Below are positions 41,013 through 41,964 of a stretch of DNA of 41,964 nucleotides, one piece after another. The stretch lies in IMG/VR virus record IMGVR_UViG_3300045988_036397; one strand, 5' to 3'. The DNA is from a virus. Position 1 is the stretch's first letter; every line of letters starts with the position of its first letter. The position numbers were made by a program, and so were the translations under genes. The notes below the pieces were generated by a model. That model saw only the letters and a list, made by a program, of their open reading frames with translations. It had not been told where the DNA came from and made no database searches.

Positions 41013-41720
41013 ATGTCTAAAAAGCAAATCGTACGATGGGTAATTGCTGTTTTGTGCATTTTGTTTGTTCCTGTATGCGGCAGCCCAATTTCCGTTGTTT
41101 TACTTCTTGGCGCGGCAATCACCGTCGCGCCTGTCGAAGCAATTCAGCAGCACTTAAAAAAGCCATTAAACATTATTATCCCTGTAGTTTTCTTTGTAGC
41201 CGCTGTAATGGCCGCACCCAATACAACAAGCCAAAAAACTGAAGAGCCTGCGCCAACAGCAACGCCAGAAGCAACCGCTACCCCAGAGCCTACGCCGGAA
41301 ATCACCGCAACGCCAGAGCCTACCGAAGAGCCATTACAGGAAAGCAGCGATAGCACCGATAACAGCGACATGAAGTTTTTTGCCGCAATTGTTGAGTATG
41401 CTGCTTCTCAGTCTTACGCAGAGGATAAATACAAAGTTGAATATGATGATAGCGGCATAACCCTTTCTGTGTGGGGTGACAACCTTGCAATGGGGGCAGC
41501 GCTTGCGTCCTCTGGTGATGAAAACGCAAAGCAAGAATGGGAATCCAACGTTGTTGACCCCTTTGTTGAATTAAACAAACAGCTTGTAGAACAGGCAAAA
41601 CAAAATGGGTTAGACGATGCCGTTATTATGACCAATGTTCTTAATGATGCAAATTTGGACAACACATTACTTAGTGTTCTTAACGGAGCCGTTATTTATG
41701 ACTGTGTAAGCGATTCGTAA
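41013..41720 (+). CDS. membrane protein with a Pro/Thr/Glu-rich linker and an extracytoplasmic domain (lysogeny-module accessory gene)
   Basis: ORF trimmed to ATG 41013 with SD AAAGGTGG. It has three hydrophobic segments, then the repeat TEEPAPTATPEATATPEPTPEITATPEPTEEP, then a ~115-aa C-terminal domain. Confidence 0.7.
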   Translation: MSKKQIVRWVIAVLCILFVPVCGSPISVVLLLGAAITVAPVEAIQQHLKKPLNIIIPVVFFVAAVMAAPNTTSQKTEEPAPTATPEATATPEPTPEITATPEPTEEPLQESSDSTDNSDMKFFAAIVEYAASQSYAEDKYKVEYDDSGITLSVWGDNLAMGAALASSGDENAKQEWESNVVDPFVELNKQLVEQAKQNGLDDAVIMTNVLNDANLDNTLLSVLNGAVIYDCVSDS

Positions 41721-41785
41721 ACCGCTGATTGTATTTTACACAACTTGCAGTTGTATTTCAGCAGTTTCACAAAAATACTTGTTTG

Positions 41786-41863
41786 TCAAGTCTTTATAAT
41801 CCGCTTTTTCGGTCTTCTGCGCCCGTGTCTTGGTGGAGCATCCAAATCAGGCAGTTTCTTCAT
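41786..41863 (-). CDS. possible 25-aa highly basic peptide
   Basis: Product MKKLPDLDAPPRHGRRRPKKRIIKT, with strong SD AAGGAGGG 8 nt upstream. It overlaps the end of the junction-spanning ORF. Confidence 0.25.
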   Translation of the reverse strand: MKKLPDLDAPPRHGRRRPKKRIIKT

Positions 41864-41964
41864 GGTCTGCTTCCCTCCTTGCACGGTCTTGCAGCACAGC
41901 ACGGTACAGGGCTTCAATGGTTGCCGCATTACGGTTTTGGTAATTCTTTAGACGTTCAACGTTA
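41847..41964 (-). CDS. junction-spanning small ORF (40 aa); its ATG lies at 58-60 of the circular unit
   Basis: Reading the minus strand from ATG 60-58 (SD GGAGGAA) through position 1, then into 41909-41847, gives MNNVERLKNYQNRNAATIEALYRAVLQDRARREADHEETA. The ORF is complete only if the ends are joined. Confidence 0.35.
   Translation of the reverse strand, partial: NVERLKNYQNRNAATIEALYRAVLQDRARREADHEETA
41910..41964. repeat. 55-bp terminal direct repeat, identical to 1-55
   Basis: Exact identity with the first 55 bases of the window. Confidence 0.9.

Overview
The window is a complete temperate siphovirus-type phage genome. Its first 55 bp are identical to its last 55 bp, which indicates a circularly closed unit of 41,909 bp. 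Strong GGAGG-type ribosome-binding sites and the gene content suggest a Firmicutes/Clostridia-like host, but this is inference. Plus-strand lysogeny module: a cI-like XRE repressor (40569-40934), a membrane protein (41013-41720), a second XRE-type HTH protein (244-837) and a tyrosine integrase (939-2024). An attP-like site follows; it carries the 3' end of a tRNA-like sequence, flanking GTACAC arm repeats and a terminator (2024-2245). Everything else is on the minus strand, apart from one plus-strand moron at 15812-16186, and reads from about 40353 down to 2246. The order is: cro-like and early regulators; a recombination module (DUF1351-like, RecT, MBL hydrolase); a replication module (DnaD-like organizer with internal iterons, G39P-like loader, SSB); then RusA, two methyltransferases, HNH and small genes; an ArpU/RinA-like late activator; an ~800-nt ORF-free structured region; then terS, terL, portal, a MuF head protein, scaffold, capsid, connectors, major tail protein, G/GT chaperones with a -1 slippery site, tape measure, Dit, tail fibres, lysis genes, and a terminator-insulated accessory cluster next to attP. 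The observations most worth follow-up are these. (1) A candidate large structured RNA lies between the late activator and terS; it contains a tRNA-like cloverleaf with no anticodon arm and ends in an intrinsic terminator. (2) The MuF head protein has a C-terminal DUF6883-like module and is translationally coupled to a DUF4926-like micro-gene, a layout like a polymorphic toxin with its immunity protein. (3) A Dam-like methyltransferase is interrupted by one in-frame TAG. (4) Eight unusual small genes sit beside attP. (5) Two morons with their own signals lie inside the virion module. (6) The immunity region has face-to-face consensus promoters and is dense in CTAG motifs. All family assignments were made by eye from motifs. 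No database search was run.
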